Shown in pieces: positions 1 through 10,899 of a stretch of 20,421 bases of DNA. The stretch's first letter is position 1. Every line of letters starts with the position of its first letter. The translations under genes and the position numbers were made by a program. The notes under the pieces are model-generated. The model worked only from the letters and a program-made list of their open reading frames with translations. It was not told the origin of the DNA and searched no databases. This stretch comes from Octopus sinensis (lineage: Eukaryota), in the NCBI RefSeq assembly GCF_006345805.1, contig NW_021823949.1, positions 1 through 20,421 of the forward strand. The letters run 5' to 3'.

Positions 1-54
1 TTTATTATTATATTATTATATTATTATTGTGTTATTACTATTATTACTATTACA

Positions 55-480
55 ATATGTGGCATTTATTTTTTGCTACGTTCCCTAAGGGACAGGGATA
101 AATGGGGTGGCTACACAACAGGAGAGAAATTTGAAAATCGTGGGTGATTTTATACAGAGTGCGATAGAAAGGGCAGTTGTAAAACACATATATATACGAT
201 ATAGGTATATATATAATATAATAATATTATATATATAATATATATATATACATATATATAATGATATATTTCGATTTTTTTCGAAAAGGATAGGAAAACG
301 ATAACCTTAGGCCGTTTGTGGAACCCTCAAAGATAACGATACCCTGACTATTAAATAGTATTGCTCTTCTACTAGCCTTCTTGTGATTTCCGACGTTAAA
401 TCCATATTCAAGCCTATTCAATCGCGCTTTTAGCGTATCCATTGGAGCGTGGAGGTTCTTTGGGAACTGGATGAAATGTT
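55..480 (-). mobile_element. Possible decayed 3' end of a non-LTR retrotransposon, next to a (TTA)n tract
   Basis: Weak resemblance to 10205-10655 (e.g. aaaggataggaaaacgataaccttaggccg vs aaagcctacggaaaagaccacggtaacctcggtcg). No diagnostic protein motif. Confidence 0.25.
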
Positions 481-729
481 TCCATCCACAGTTTTAAATT
501 TTCACTAGAAAAATTACGAGTTATGGTTTTTGCTTTTGTTTTTTTGTCTTTTTTCTGTGGTTTATTCAGATGATAATTTCAAAACTTGAGTAACCTACAT
601 AGCGCTCCGAGACTGCTGGAAATAGATGAGGAGTAACAAAGATCGGCTATGATTAGAAACAATAAAACAAAGCTATTAAGTTACCTAACCACGGACATGG
701 CATCTCTCTTGAACGCTGATTTTATTTTT

Positions 730-935
730 CTTGTATTACCTTTGTACCTGTTTCAGTCATTCGACAGCGGCCATTCTCCGGCACCTCATTGAAGAATTTT
801 AGTCTAATGAATCGACCACAGTCCTTTTATTTTAAACCTGCTATTTATCCTATTGGTCTCTATTAACGAATTGTTAAGTTGTGAGAATATAAACACCAGC
901 ACCAGTAGTCAAGCAGTGGTGGAGGACAAATACAC
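730..935 (-). mobile_element. Diverged 3' half of SINE family A
   Basis: tgtttcagtcattcgacagcggcc...aacaccagcaccagtagtcaagcagtggtggaggacaaatacac aligns by eye with the copies at 5098 and 16985. Truncated where the 26-bp array starts. Confidence 0.75.
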
Positions 936-2766
936 TAGCGAATATTTGTTAAACTGTCTACTAGCGAAAATTCGATCAACTGTCCTCTAAAAAAATCGAT
1001 CAACTGTCCACTAGCGAAAATTCGATAAACTGTCCTCTGGTGTAAATTCGATAAACTGTCCACAAGCGAAAATTCGATCAACTGTCCACTGGTGTAAATT
1101 CGATAAACTGTTCACTAGCGAATATTCGATCAACTGTCCACTAACGAAAATTCGATCAACTTTTCACTAGCGAAAATATGATCAACTGTCCTCTGGTGCA
1201 AATTCGATCAACTGTCCGCTAGCGAAAATTCGATTAACTGTCCATTATCGCAATATCGACCAACTGTCCACTAGAAAAAATTCGATCAACTGTCCACTAG
1301 CGAAAATTCGAACAACTGTCCACAAGCCAAAATTCGATCGACTGCCCATAGGTGTAAATTCGATCAACTGTCCACGTGAGCAAATTCGATAAACTGTCCA
1401 CTAGCGAAAATTAGATCAACTGTCCACTAACAAAATTTCGATCAACTGTCCATTATCGCAATTTCGATTATCTGTCCATTATCGCAATTTCGATCAACTG
1501 TCCACTATCAAAAATTCGAGCAACTGTCCACTAGCGAAAATTTGATCAACTGCCCTCTGGTGTAAATTCGATCAACTGTCCACTAGCGGCAATTCGATCC
1601 ACTCTCCTCTGGTGTCAATTTGATCAACTGTGATCTAGCGAAAATTCGATCAACTGTCCACTGGTGGAAATTCGATCAATTGTTCACAAATAAAAATTTC
1701 GATCAACTGTATACTGGCGAAAATTTGATCAACTGTCTACTAGCGAATATTCGATCAACTATCTACTAGCGCAAATTCGATCAACTGTCCATTAGCACAA
1801 ATTCGATCAAATGTCCGCTGGTGTAAATTCGATCGATTCTCCACTGGTGTAAATTCGATCAATTGTCTATTTGTGTAAATTCGATCAACTTATACAAAAT
1901 CGATCAACTGTCCACTGCCAAAAATTCGATCAACTGTCCACTGGTGTAAATTCGATCAACTGTCCACTAGCAAAAATTCGATCGTCTTCCACTGGTGTAA
2001 ATTCGATCCACAGTCCACTGGTGTAAATTCGATCAATTGTCTACTTGTGCAAATTCGATCAGCTGTCCACTAGTGAATATTCGATCAACTGTTCACTCGA
2101 AGAAATTCGATCAACTGTCCACTAGCGAAAATTCGATCAACTGTCTATTATTACAAATTCGATCAACTGTCCGCTGGTATAAATTCGATCAACTGTCCAC
2201 TGGTCTAATTTCGATCAACTGTCTAGTTGTGCAAATACTATCAACATCCACCAGAAAAAATTCGATCAACTCTCCACTAGTGAAAATTCGATCAAGTGTC
2301 CACTGGTGTAAATTCGATCAATTGTCTACTTTTGCAAATTCGATCAACTGTCCACTAGCGAAAATTCGATCAACTGTCTACTAGCAAAAAATCGATGAAC
2401 TGTTCACGGGTGTAAATTCGATCAACTGTCCACTTGTTCAAATTCGATCAACTGTCTACTAGCGAAAATTCGATCAACTGTCCACAAAGAAAAATTCGAT
2501 CAACTGTCCACTTGTGCAAATTCGATCACCTGTACACTAGCAAAAATTCGATCGACTATCCATTATCACAAATTCGATCAACTGTCCGCTGGTATAAATT
2601 CGATCAACTGTCCATTTGTGTAATTTCGATCAACTGTCTGTTTGTGCAAATTCGAACAACTGTCCACTAGAAAAAATTCGATAAACTGTCCACTAGCGAA
2701 AATTCTATCAAATGTCCACTGGTGTAAATTCGATCAACTATCCACTGGTGTAATTTCGAGCAACTG
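932..2766. repeat. 26-bp minisatellite, about 70 copies, consensus AAATTCGATCAACTGTCCACT + variable 5-mer (AGCGA/GGTGT/TGTGC/ATCGC/AGCAA)
   Basis: Tandem units are directly visible. About 1830 bp / 26 gives about 70 units. Confidence 0.97.
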
Positions 2767-2880
2767 CATCTAGCAGCTCATCTGCGACGGACTGGCTTCC
2801 CGTCCAGGTGGGGAACCTATACGCCAATGAAACCGGGAAACCGGCCCTATGAGCCCGACATGGCTCGAGAAGGAACAAAC
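2767..2880 (+). mobile_element. 3' part of SINE family C (V-domain-like GACGGACTGGC..CCCGTCCAGG)
   Basis: ctgcgacggactggcttcccgtccagg resembles the V-SINE central domain. Its tail (tatacgccaatgaaaccgggaaaccggccc) recurs at 8452-8525 (+) and 20320-20412 (-). Confidence 0.65.
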
Positions 2881-3116
2881 ATTCATAAACCCTCAGAAAA
2901 CGTGTTACAATCCGGTAAGCGATTAACCATGGAAAATTGGCAAGGTGATTGCGATAATGTATCTGATTGTATTATCATCAGCCATGTATTATACTTCGCG
3001 CATTAGACGGAGGAAAATGAAACATTTTTAAGTTCCCCAATATTTTTGTAATTAAATTTCGGTTGGAATTTCAAGTTCATTACGTAATAGAACTCATTCT
3101 ATGTTTACAATTGTTT

Positions 3117-3344
3117 GCTCTTTTACTTTTTTTACTTTTTCAGTCATTTGACTGTGGCCATGATGGAGCACCGCTTTCAGTCGAGGAAATCGACCCCAGG
3201 ACCTCTTCTATCGGTATTTTTTGCCGAACCGCTAAGTTACGTGTGTGTAAACACACCAGCTTCGGTTGTCAAGCGATGTCGGGAGGACAAACACAGAGAA
3301 ACAAACATATACACACACACATACATACATAATACATACATACA

Positions 3345-3375
<31 letters not shown>

Positions 3376-3475
3376 TATATATATATATATATATATATGT
3401 CGGGCGTCTTTCAGTTTCCGTCTACCAAACCCACTCTCGAGGTTTGGGTCGACTCGAGGCTAAAGTACAAGAGAA
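3117..3475 (-). mobile_element. SINE family A copy lacking the tRNA head
   Basis: Matches the family A body, with an internal (CATA)/(TA) microsatellite. Confidence 0.9.
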
Positions 3476-3804
3476 AAGCCTAGTACTTATTCAATCGGTC
3501 TCTTTTACCGGACCGCTAAGTTACGGGGACGTAAACACACCAGCATCAGTTGTCAAGCGATGTTGGGGGGGACAAACACAGACACACAATCACATACACA
3601 CACATGCATATATATATATATATATATACATATATATATACCACAGGCTTCTTTCAGTTACCGTCTACCAAATCCACTCACAAGGCTTTGGTTGGCCTGA
3701 GATTATAGTAGAAGACACTTGCCCAAAGTGCAACGCAGTGGGACTGAACCCGGAATCATGTGGTTCATAAGCAAGCTACTTAGGACACAGCCACTCTTAC
3801 GCCT
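3476..3804 (-). mobile_element. SINE family A copy with tRNA-like head, 3'-truncated
   Basis: Minus strand starts AGGCGTAAGAGTGGCTGTGTCC and has B box GGTTCAGTCCC. Fused to the preceding copy. Confidence 0.9.
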
Positions 3805-3951
3805 GTTTCGTAAAATACTTTAATAAATTTATTCTGTGAAGACTGTTTTCGGTCCATAACATGATGTAATCGCACAAACATCTGTAACTCAAACAGTCAC
3901 CAATACTACTTCAAAAATTATATATACGTGGATGTGTGTGTCTGCGTGCGC

Positions 3952-3984
<33 letters not shown>

Positions 3985-4117
3985 TGTATGTATGTATGTA
4001 TGTATGTATGTATGTATGTATGTATGGGGAGGGTTTACGAAAAAAAACAAAAGGCGAAGACAGGTGGTGTACAAAACAAACAGATGTATTAGTATAACGC
4101 TCAGAAATAGAAAAAGT

Positions 4118-4153
4118 CTTTTACGTTTCGAGCCTGCGCTCTTCTACAGAAAG
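4118..4153 (-). ncRNA. Minimal type-I hammerhead ribozyme motif, A6U core variant
   Basis: CUUU-CUGUAGA-A-GAGC(GCAG)GCUC-GAAA-C-GUA-AAAG: stem I CUUU/AAAG, stem II 4 bp, palindromic ACGU stem III. Confidence 0.7.
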
Positions 4154-4420
4154 GGACACAAAAAAACAAGGAGAGAAACAAGGAGAGAAAAAATGTGTGT
4201 AGTGGCTAACAATCTATCATGGCGTCTCATGTATGTATGCATGGATGGATGGATGTATGTATGTATGTATGTATGTATGTATGTATGTATGTATGTATGT
4301 ATGTATGTATGTATGTATGTATGTATGGGGAGAGTTTACGAAAAAAAAAACAAAAGGCGCAGACAGGTGGTGTACAAAACAAACAGATGTATTAGTATAA
4401 CGCTCAGAAATAGAAAAAGT

Positions 4421-4456
4421 CTTTTACGTTTCGAGCCTGCGCTCTTCAACAGAAAG
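4421..4456 (-). ncRNA. Minimal type-I hammerhead ribozyme motif, A6U core variant
   Basis: CUUU-CUGUUGA-A-GAGC(GCAG)GCUC-GAAA-C-GUA-AAAG. Differs from the copy at 4118 only at the free N7 position. Confidence 0.7.
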
Positions 4457-4679
4457 GGACACAAAAAAACAACGAGAGAAAAAATGTGTGTAGTGGCTAA
4501 CCATCTATCATGGCGTCTCATGTATGTATTTATTTATATATGTATGTATGTATGTATGAATGTATGTATGTATGTATGTATGTATGTATGTATGTATGTA
4601 TGTATGTATGTATGGATGGATGGATGGATGGATGGATGGATGGATGGATGGATGGATGGATGAATGGATGAATGTAAGA

Positions 4680-5001
4680 ATGTGTCTGTTCTCGTTCCCT
4701 TTTTAATTTTAGAGTAAATCCTGACCGGCCTAATCCTTGGAAACAAATTTGTGAAAGTATTTTGTTTTAAACAATTGTGTAAACCTTGAAGGTCTTGAAA
4801 TTTTTTATAGTCCCTGATATCGTGATCATTTGTAGCATAGGAATTAATAATTTGTATTTTTTTTCTCTAAGATCCCAATCTCAGCAAATCTTTGCCCCAA
4901 ATATGTTGGTCTGTATCCTGTTGCTCCAATAAAAATAGGTACGAAGGGTAGCTAGGGTCCTGGATTTGTAAACTCTTTATCAATGGTCCATAGATGTCCT
5001 T
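4680..5001 (-). mobile_element. Frameshifted C-terminus and 3' UTR of an RLE-type (R4-like) non-LTR retrotransposon
   Basis: Joining three minus frames gives KDIYGPLIKSLQIQDPSY / FVPIFIGATGYRPTYLGQRFAEIGI / KLLIPMLQMITISGTIKNFKTF. This matches the RLE C-terminal pattern K..Y..L...PI(I/V)GA.G...LQ....GT, also seen at 12800-13015. Confidence 0.7.
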
Positions 5002-5097
5002 ATATATGTATGTATGTATGTATATATGTATATATGTATGCATGTGTTTGTGTGTATGTATGTGTGTGTTTATGTGTACATGTATGTATACGTGGCA

Positions 5098-5503
5098 CTC
5101 TCTCTTTACTCTTTTACTCTCTTGTTTCAGTAATTTTACTGTGGCCATGCTGGAGCACCGCATTTAGTCGAGCAAATCGACCCCAGGACTTATTCGTTGT
5201 AAGCCTTGTACTTATTCTATCGGTCTCTTTTGCCGACCCGCTAAGTTACGGGGCGTAAACACACCAGCATCGGTTGTCAAGCGATGTTAGGGGGACATGC
5301 ACAGACACTCAAACACACACATGTATATATACATATATACGACGGGCTTCTTTCAGTTTCCGTCGACCAAATCCACTCACAAGGTTTTGGTCGGCCCGAG
5401 GCTATAGTAGAAGACACTTGCCCAATGTGCCACGCAGTGGGACTGAACCCGGATCCATGTGGTTCGTAAGCAAGCTACTTACCACACAGCCACTCATACG
5501 CCT
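5098..5503 (-). mobile_element. Full-length tRNA-derived SINE, family A
   Basis: A box TGGCTGTGTGG (5482-5492), B box GGTTCAGTCCC (5439-5449), central microsatellite and (AAGAGTAA)-like tail. Multiple homologous copies in the window. Confidence 0.92.
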
Positions 5504-5540
5504 GTATAATATTTTTAGTATACCGCAAGTACGGAAGAAA

Positions 5541-5586
5541 ACTGCGGTTATATTTCGCTCTTATTGGAAAACTCATCAGCGAAAGT
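5541..5586 (-). ncRNA. Decayed hammerhead-like motif
   Basis: CG-CUGAUGA-GUUUU(CCAAUA)AGAGC-GAAA-UAUA-AC-CG: intact boxes and a palindromic loop, but AC instead of UH and a weak stem I. Confidence 0.4.
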
Positions 5587-5756
5587 AAACTTCATTCTTC
5601 TAGCCAAAGCAGTGGCGAAACAATGAGTAAGTAAATGTGGAATATTTCTACACGATTAGACATAGACATATATATTAGTTTTGAGATAAAACAAGCAATA
5701 AAGTAACTAAGTTAATGCCATGGTCTCACTTGTTCTTTATTCCAGACCATGTGAAA

Positions 5757-5878
5757 TTCCTTTCTACTCTGGGCACAAAACCCGAAACTTCGATTAGATC
5801 GATCTTAAAAGAATGAAAGGCAAAGTCGACCTCGACGGAATTTGTACTCAGGACATAAAGACGAACGAAATACCGCTT
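5757..5878 (-). mobile_element. Deleted fragment of SINE family D
   Basis: tttctactctgggcacaa...caaagtcgacctcgacggaatttgtactcaggacata...gaaataccgct is homologous to 14730-14868. Confidence 0.75.
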
Positions 5879-5991
5879 CCATCTTCATACACACACATAA
5901 GTATATACATGCATACATGCACATACCCGCATGCATATTAATATATATCTATAAATACACACATATATGTATGTTTGCATATATGTATCTA

Positions 5992-6100
5992 AAGTTAATC
6001 CAAACATGAAAACACAAAGAGAAAACACAACAACGCGAGGACGTGGAACAAGTATAGTGTTATTGGACGATCAGGAAAGGAAAGAAAGAAGGAGGATTCA
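5992..6100 (-). mobile_element. Inverted partial copy of the hammerhead-bearing element at 6303-6497
   Basis: gttaatccaaacatgaaaacaca...caacaacgcgaggacgtggaac..tatagtgttattggacgatcagga is the reverse complement of about 6415-6497. Confidence 0.85.
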
Positions 6101-6193
6101 ACTGATGAAGAGACATTCTTTATGTGTCTGTTTTGTTTTCCATTTGTGTCTTTCCTTTTATATATATTATATAGTATATATTATATATATATA

Positions 6194-6233
<40 letters not shown>

Positions 6234-6249
6234 CATATATGTGTGTGTG

Positions 6250-6281
<32 letters not shown>

Positions 6282-6302
6282 TGTATGTATGTAGTATGTA
6301 TG

Positions 6303-6497
6303 TGTGACCGCGTGTATACCGTTGTAATTTTTTTCCTCGGTCTTCCTTTTCTGGATCTTTCCTCTTTCCTATGTTTCTGACGAAGAGCTCCGCTCGAAAC
6401 GTAAAACCCTCCATCTTCCCTTCCTTCCTGAGCGTCCAATAATACTATATTGGTTCCACGTCCTCGTGTTGTTGTGTTTTCATGTTTTGATTAACTA
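6303..6497 (+). mobile_element. Short hammerhead-containing repeat (Penelope pLTR-like or retrozyme-like) embedded in microsatellite
   Basis: Contains the motif at 6373-6407. Shares its layout (motif, then CTGAGCGT..TAATAC, then T-rich end) with the 4026/4327 units. Confidence 0.7.
6373..6407 (+). ncRNA. Minimal type-I hammerhead ribozyme motif, canonical core
   Basis: GUUU-CUGACGA-A-GAGC(UCC)GCUC-GAAA-C-GUA-AAAC. Predicted cleavage at 6403/6404. Confidence 0.8.
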
Positions 6498-8034
6498 TAT
6501 ATATATATGTATATGTATGTTCTATGTATGTATTGTATGTATGTATGTATGTATGTAGTCTGTGTGTATAATATATCACATTATGTATGTTATGTATATA
6601 TTGTGTTATAATATATATATATATATATATATAATATAAATATATACATATAAATATATATATATACATACATATATATATATATATATGTATCCATTAT
6701 TTATATCATTATATGATTGAACACCACGCATCCTCTTCCAAGTAAGTTTCTGTGTCTATCTCTCTCTATATATATGCATATATTCATATATTATTTACAT
6801 ACACCTATATTTACGTATACATACATATATATTATATGTATATGTATGTATATGTATGTATGTGTATGTATGTGTATATTTGCATGCTATGTATGTATAA
6901 TAACGTACGCTTTTCACGTGCACAATGACACTTACTAAAGTACGTATGTATATAATTGCAGAGACAGTCTAATAAACATACAGACGGTGTATGCGTATGT
7001 TTATATACATATACACACATAGTGTCTATAAATATCAGTAAGTCCCCACGTATTTATGTATAAGTGCATGACTGTATGAGTAAATGCACGTCCGTATGTG
7101 TTTGTGTGTGAGTGTATATATACATATACATACATAAATACATACGTACATACAGACACATACATATATGCGTAAACACGCACAAACCCTCAATTAAACA
7201 TACACATAAATGCATGCATAGACACACACACATAAACGCACCACCTGATTATATGTACGTATGTATATCAATTAAATAGTGACCAACGTTGAATGTTTAA
7301 TGAGACGGAAGACGTCTGCTGAAGAAGCAATCAACTGTTCAAAGATAGATGGAAGAGAAAATCAGCCAAGCGTTGAATATAAAAGATGATTGGTTAAAAG
7401 GATGAAAAGGTGAGGTGACCAATGAAAACACAGACAAGACAAAATCACGTGATATATCAATATCTCTTCAGCATTGCTTCGATGAATTTTGTTAATTAAC
7501 TCACTGTATCTAGAGTTACTTGTCCCTCTTTAACACTCTTTTGATTAGATAATCAGTTTGTCATTTTGATGAGGTTGGCTCCGTTTTTATCGGTTTATTT
7601 ACATCTTCTTTGCATTCTGACAATCCTTCAGACCCTTTCGTGTTGCTACGTATGTTTATGTGTGTATGTGTGGATATTTATGTGCGTGTGTACGCGTGTG
7701 TGTGTATGCATGTGCGTGCAAATGTATGACTGTGTGTGTGTGTGGTCCTGCGTCCGTCTCTCCACTTACTGATTCTCTCTCTCCCTCTCCTTCTCTTTCT
7801 CTCTTTGTCTCTCTCACTCTCCCTCACCCTCTCTCTTTCTCTCTCTCTCTCTCTCTGTATAAGTATGTCTGTATTTATCTTTTATATATGTGATGCGAAG
7901 GAGTAATATATGAATTTATTGTGTGTCGCATAATAGATATATGTGTGTGTGTGTGTGTCTTATAAGTATGCATATATGTATGTATGTATGTATGTATGAT
8001 ATATATCTATATCTCAATATATATATATATATAA

Positions 8035-8068
<34 letters not shown>

Positions 8069-8085
8069 CATACATATATATAATA

Positions 8086-8133
<48 letters not shown>

Positions 8134-8341
8134 ATAAATCTCTGAACGAGGTATGAACAGTAATGTACGACAAGGTGAAGTATATTTGCCATTTAAATGT
8201 GGCTAACCACTAAGGGTGGATGTTAATGTAGCTTGTAGCCTCAGGAGAACATCTTCTCCAGCTGGCTATTGACACACTTTATGTGCCCTATCAGTATTTG
8301 CAAAGGATAACCATCATTCCCGTCGTCGACCCAACGTGATA

Positions 8342-8387
8342 CGCACGGACCCGGGTTTCTGGATATTTTACCCGTCATCAGCGCACG
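8342..8387 (-). ncRNA. Minimal type-I hammerhead ribozyme motif
   Basis: CGUGCG-CUGAUGA-C-GGGUA(AAA)UAUCC-A-GAAA-C(CCGG)G-UC-CGUGCG: 6-bp stem I, palindromic ACCCGGGU stem III, GUC site. C.A mismatch at 10.1/11.1. Confidence 0.8.
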
Positions 8388-8451
8388 ACAATCACTGGTC
8401 TTAGATGCGAAGGGGTCCACTTTGCAAATACATATATCCTTTTTCCAGTCA

Positions 8452-8530
8452 CTAATGAAACCGGAAAACGACATTGAAACCGGAAAAACGGGCCCATGAG
8501 CCTGGGTAGGCTTTAAAAGGGCGCATTTAT
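8452..8530 (+). mobile_element. 3' tail fragment of SINE family C
   Basis: aatgaaaccggaaaa (twice) followed by cgggcccatgagcc resembles 2826-2856. Confidence 0.55.
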
Positions 8531-8545
8531 TTTATTTATTGTATA

Positions 8546-9229
8546 CGAGGGAAAGTCAAAAATTGGGCGCACTCTTGTTTCTTCAATGTATTTACACTAA
8601 AGCAGGGGATTAACAAGTACGTTATTTTTCTATATAGTCTCTTTCCTTTTCGATGTGCTTGGTCCAGCGGTACACAAGCCTGCATATTCCCTCCAAGAAG
8701 AGGATTTTCCGTTGGTCGTGCAACCATTTATTCACCGCTTCTTTCACATCTCCATCCGTAGGAAATCGACGACTTCGTAAACCATCTTTCAGCGATCCAA
8801 AGATATGATAGACAGAAGGGGCGAGCTCTCGGCTGTAGGGAGGGTGTTCCAGTACCCCCAAAAAACAATTGGTTAATGGTTTCAACGGTCTGCGCGGTCG
8901 TGAGTGGACGTGCATTGTCATGCAACAACAAAACTTTCTTCGACAATAGGCTTCGACATTTAGTGCGAATTGCTGGCTTCAGTTTATTGGCCAGCAAAGC
9001 ACTGTATCTTGCACCGTTGATTACACACTCCAGAGAAATGGGGTCATTGCTTTTTGTTCTTCGTTCATGCACATTGCTAGTGGAGCCAGAAAGAAAAATG
9101 GCGCGATCAGGCTCAAACTTCGATCACGTGATCACAACAATACCAACTATAAGAACACATTCCCAGAAGGCAGTATGACAATAAAGATTTGTTATGGTGA
9201 AAGTGCGGATAATTTTTGACTTCCTCTCG
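8546..9229 (-). mobile_element. Internally deleted mariner (Tc1/mariner, DD34D type) DNA transposon, 684 bp
   Basis: Imperfect ~28-bp TIRs (cgagggaaagtcaaaaattgggcgcact / agtgcggataatttttgacttcctctcg) with TA on both sides (8544-45, 9230-31). Confidence 0.92.
8622..9088 (-). pseudogene. Mariner transposase remnant
   Basis: LLLHDNARP and HPPYSRELAPSVYHIF (YSPDLAPxD motif, catalytic D lost), RWTKHIEKERDYIEK*. The N-terminus MCMNEEQKAMTPFLWS is fused to the catalytic domain at about 9025. Frameshifted. Confidence 0.92.
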
Positions 9230-9259
9230 TATCTCTCTGTCTATTCGTTTATTTATTAT

Positions 9260-9665
9260 GAAGCTATACACGCGCATACACACACACACACAGTTCAACA
9301 AACAAGAACGCACACACACACATTCACACGCACATACACACTCACACAGACAATATACACACATATACTGGGAATATACTGAGAATGGCAAAGCCATACA
9401 TACACACATATAGTGAGAGACAAATTCAAACATACTCGCACACATACATACACACACACACACAAAGAGAGTGAGAGAGACAAGTTCATACGCACATGCA
9501 ATCACATATACACATATATACGCATATATAAACAGAATGGTGAGAGAGAGAGAGAGAGACAAACACATTCACATTCGAACACACCACACACACACGAAGT
9601 CAGAGACACACACAAACACAATCACATACGCATGCACGCATACACACGTACATTGACGCACGCGC
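9260..9665. repeat. Degenerate (CA)/(GA) simple-repeat region
   Basis: Directly visible. Confidence 0.9.
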
Positions 9666-9667
9666 AT

Positions 9668-10844
<1,177 letters not shown>

Positions 10845-10899
10845 ATGTATACATACAGTGAGAAAGAGAACGACAAACACATACACACATATATGGATG

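Larger units (their letters stand above)
3932..4672. repeat. (TATG)n/(TGGA)n microsatellite tracts with two embedded ~200-bp direct repeats (4026-4228, 4327-4519)
   Basis: Two near-identical units, each flanked by (TATG)n. Period about 303 bp. Confidence 0.95.

Noticed and set aside
227-442. 71-aa ORF as a host gene
   Set aside because: No recognisable domain, and it ends in a TA microsatellite.
2037-2670. ORFs with KFDQLST/NSINCP/IRSTVH repeats
   Set aside because: These come from reading a 26-bp unit through rotating frames. They are interrupted by stops and indels, with no sign of coding constraint.
932-2766. CRISPR array interpretation of the 26-bp repeat
   Set aside because: The variable part is only about 5 nt and is reused, there are no unique spacers or cas genes, and the context is eukaryotic.
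2935-2990. Minus-strand CUGAUGA with nearby hairpin
   Set aside because: Stem II does not abut a GAAA and stem I is unconvincing.
3932-4663. 243-aa ORF, the longest in the track
   Set aside because: It is made of (TATG)n translation plus the antisense of the duplicated hammerhead unit.
6102-6135. CUGAUGA followed by a hairpin (agaca/tgtct)
   Set aside because: No GAAA or UH downstream, so not a hammerhead as it stands.
7440-7478. Minus-strand CUGAAGA-GAUAU(UGAU)AUAUC-ACGU
   Set aside because: The GAA of the core is missing and there is no stem I. At most a relic.
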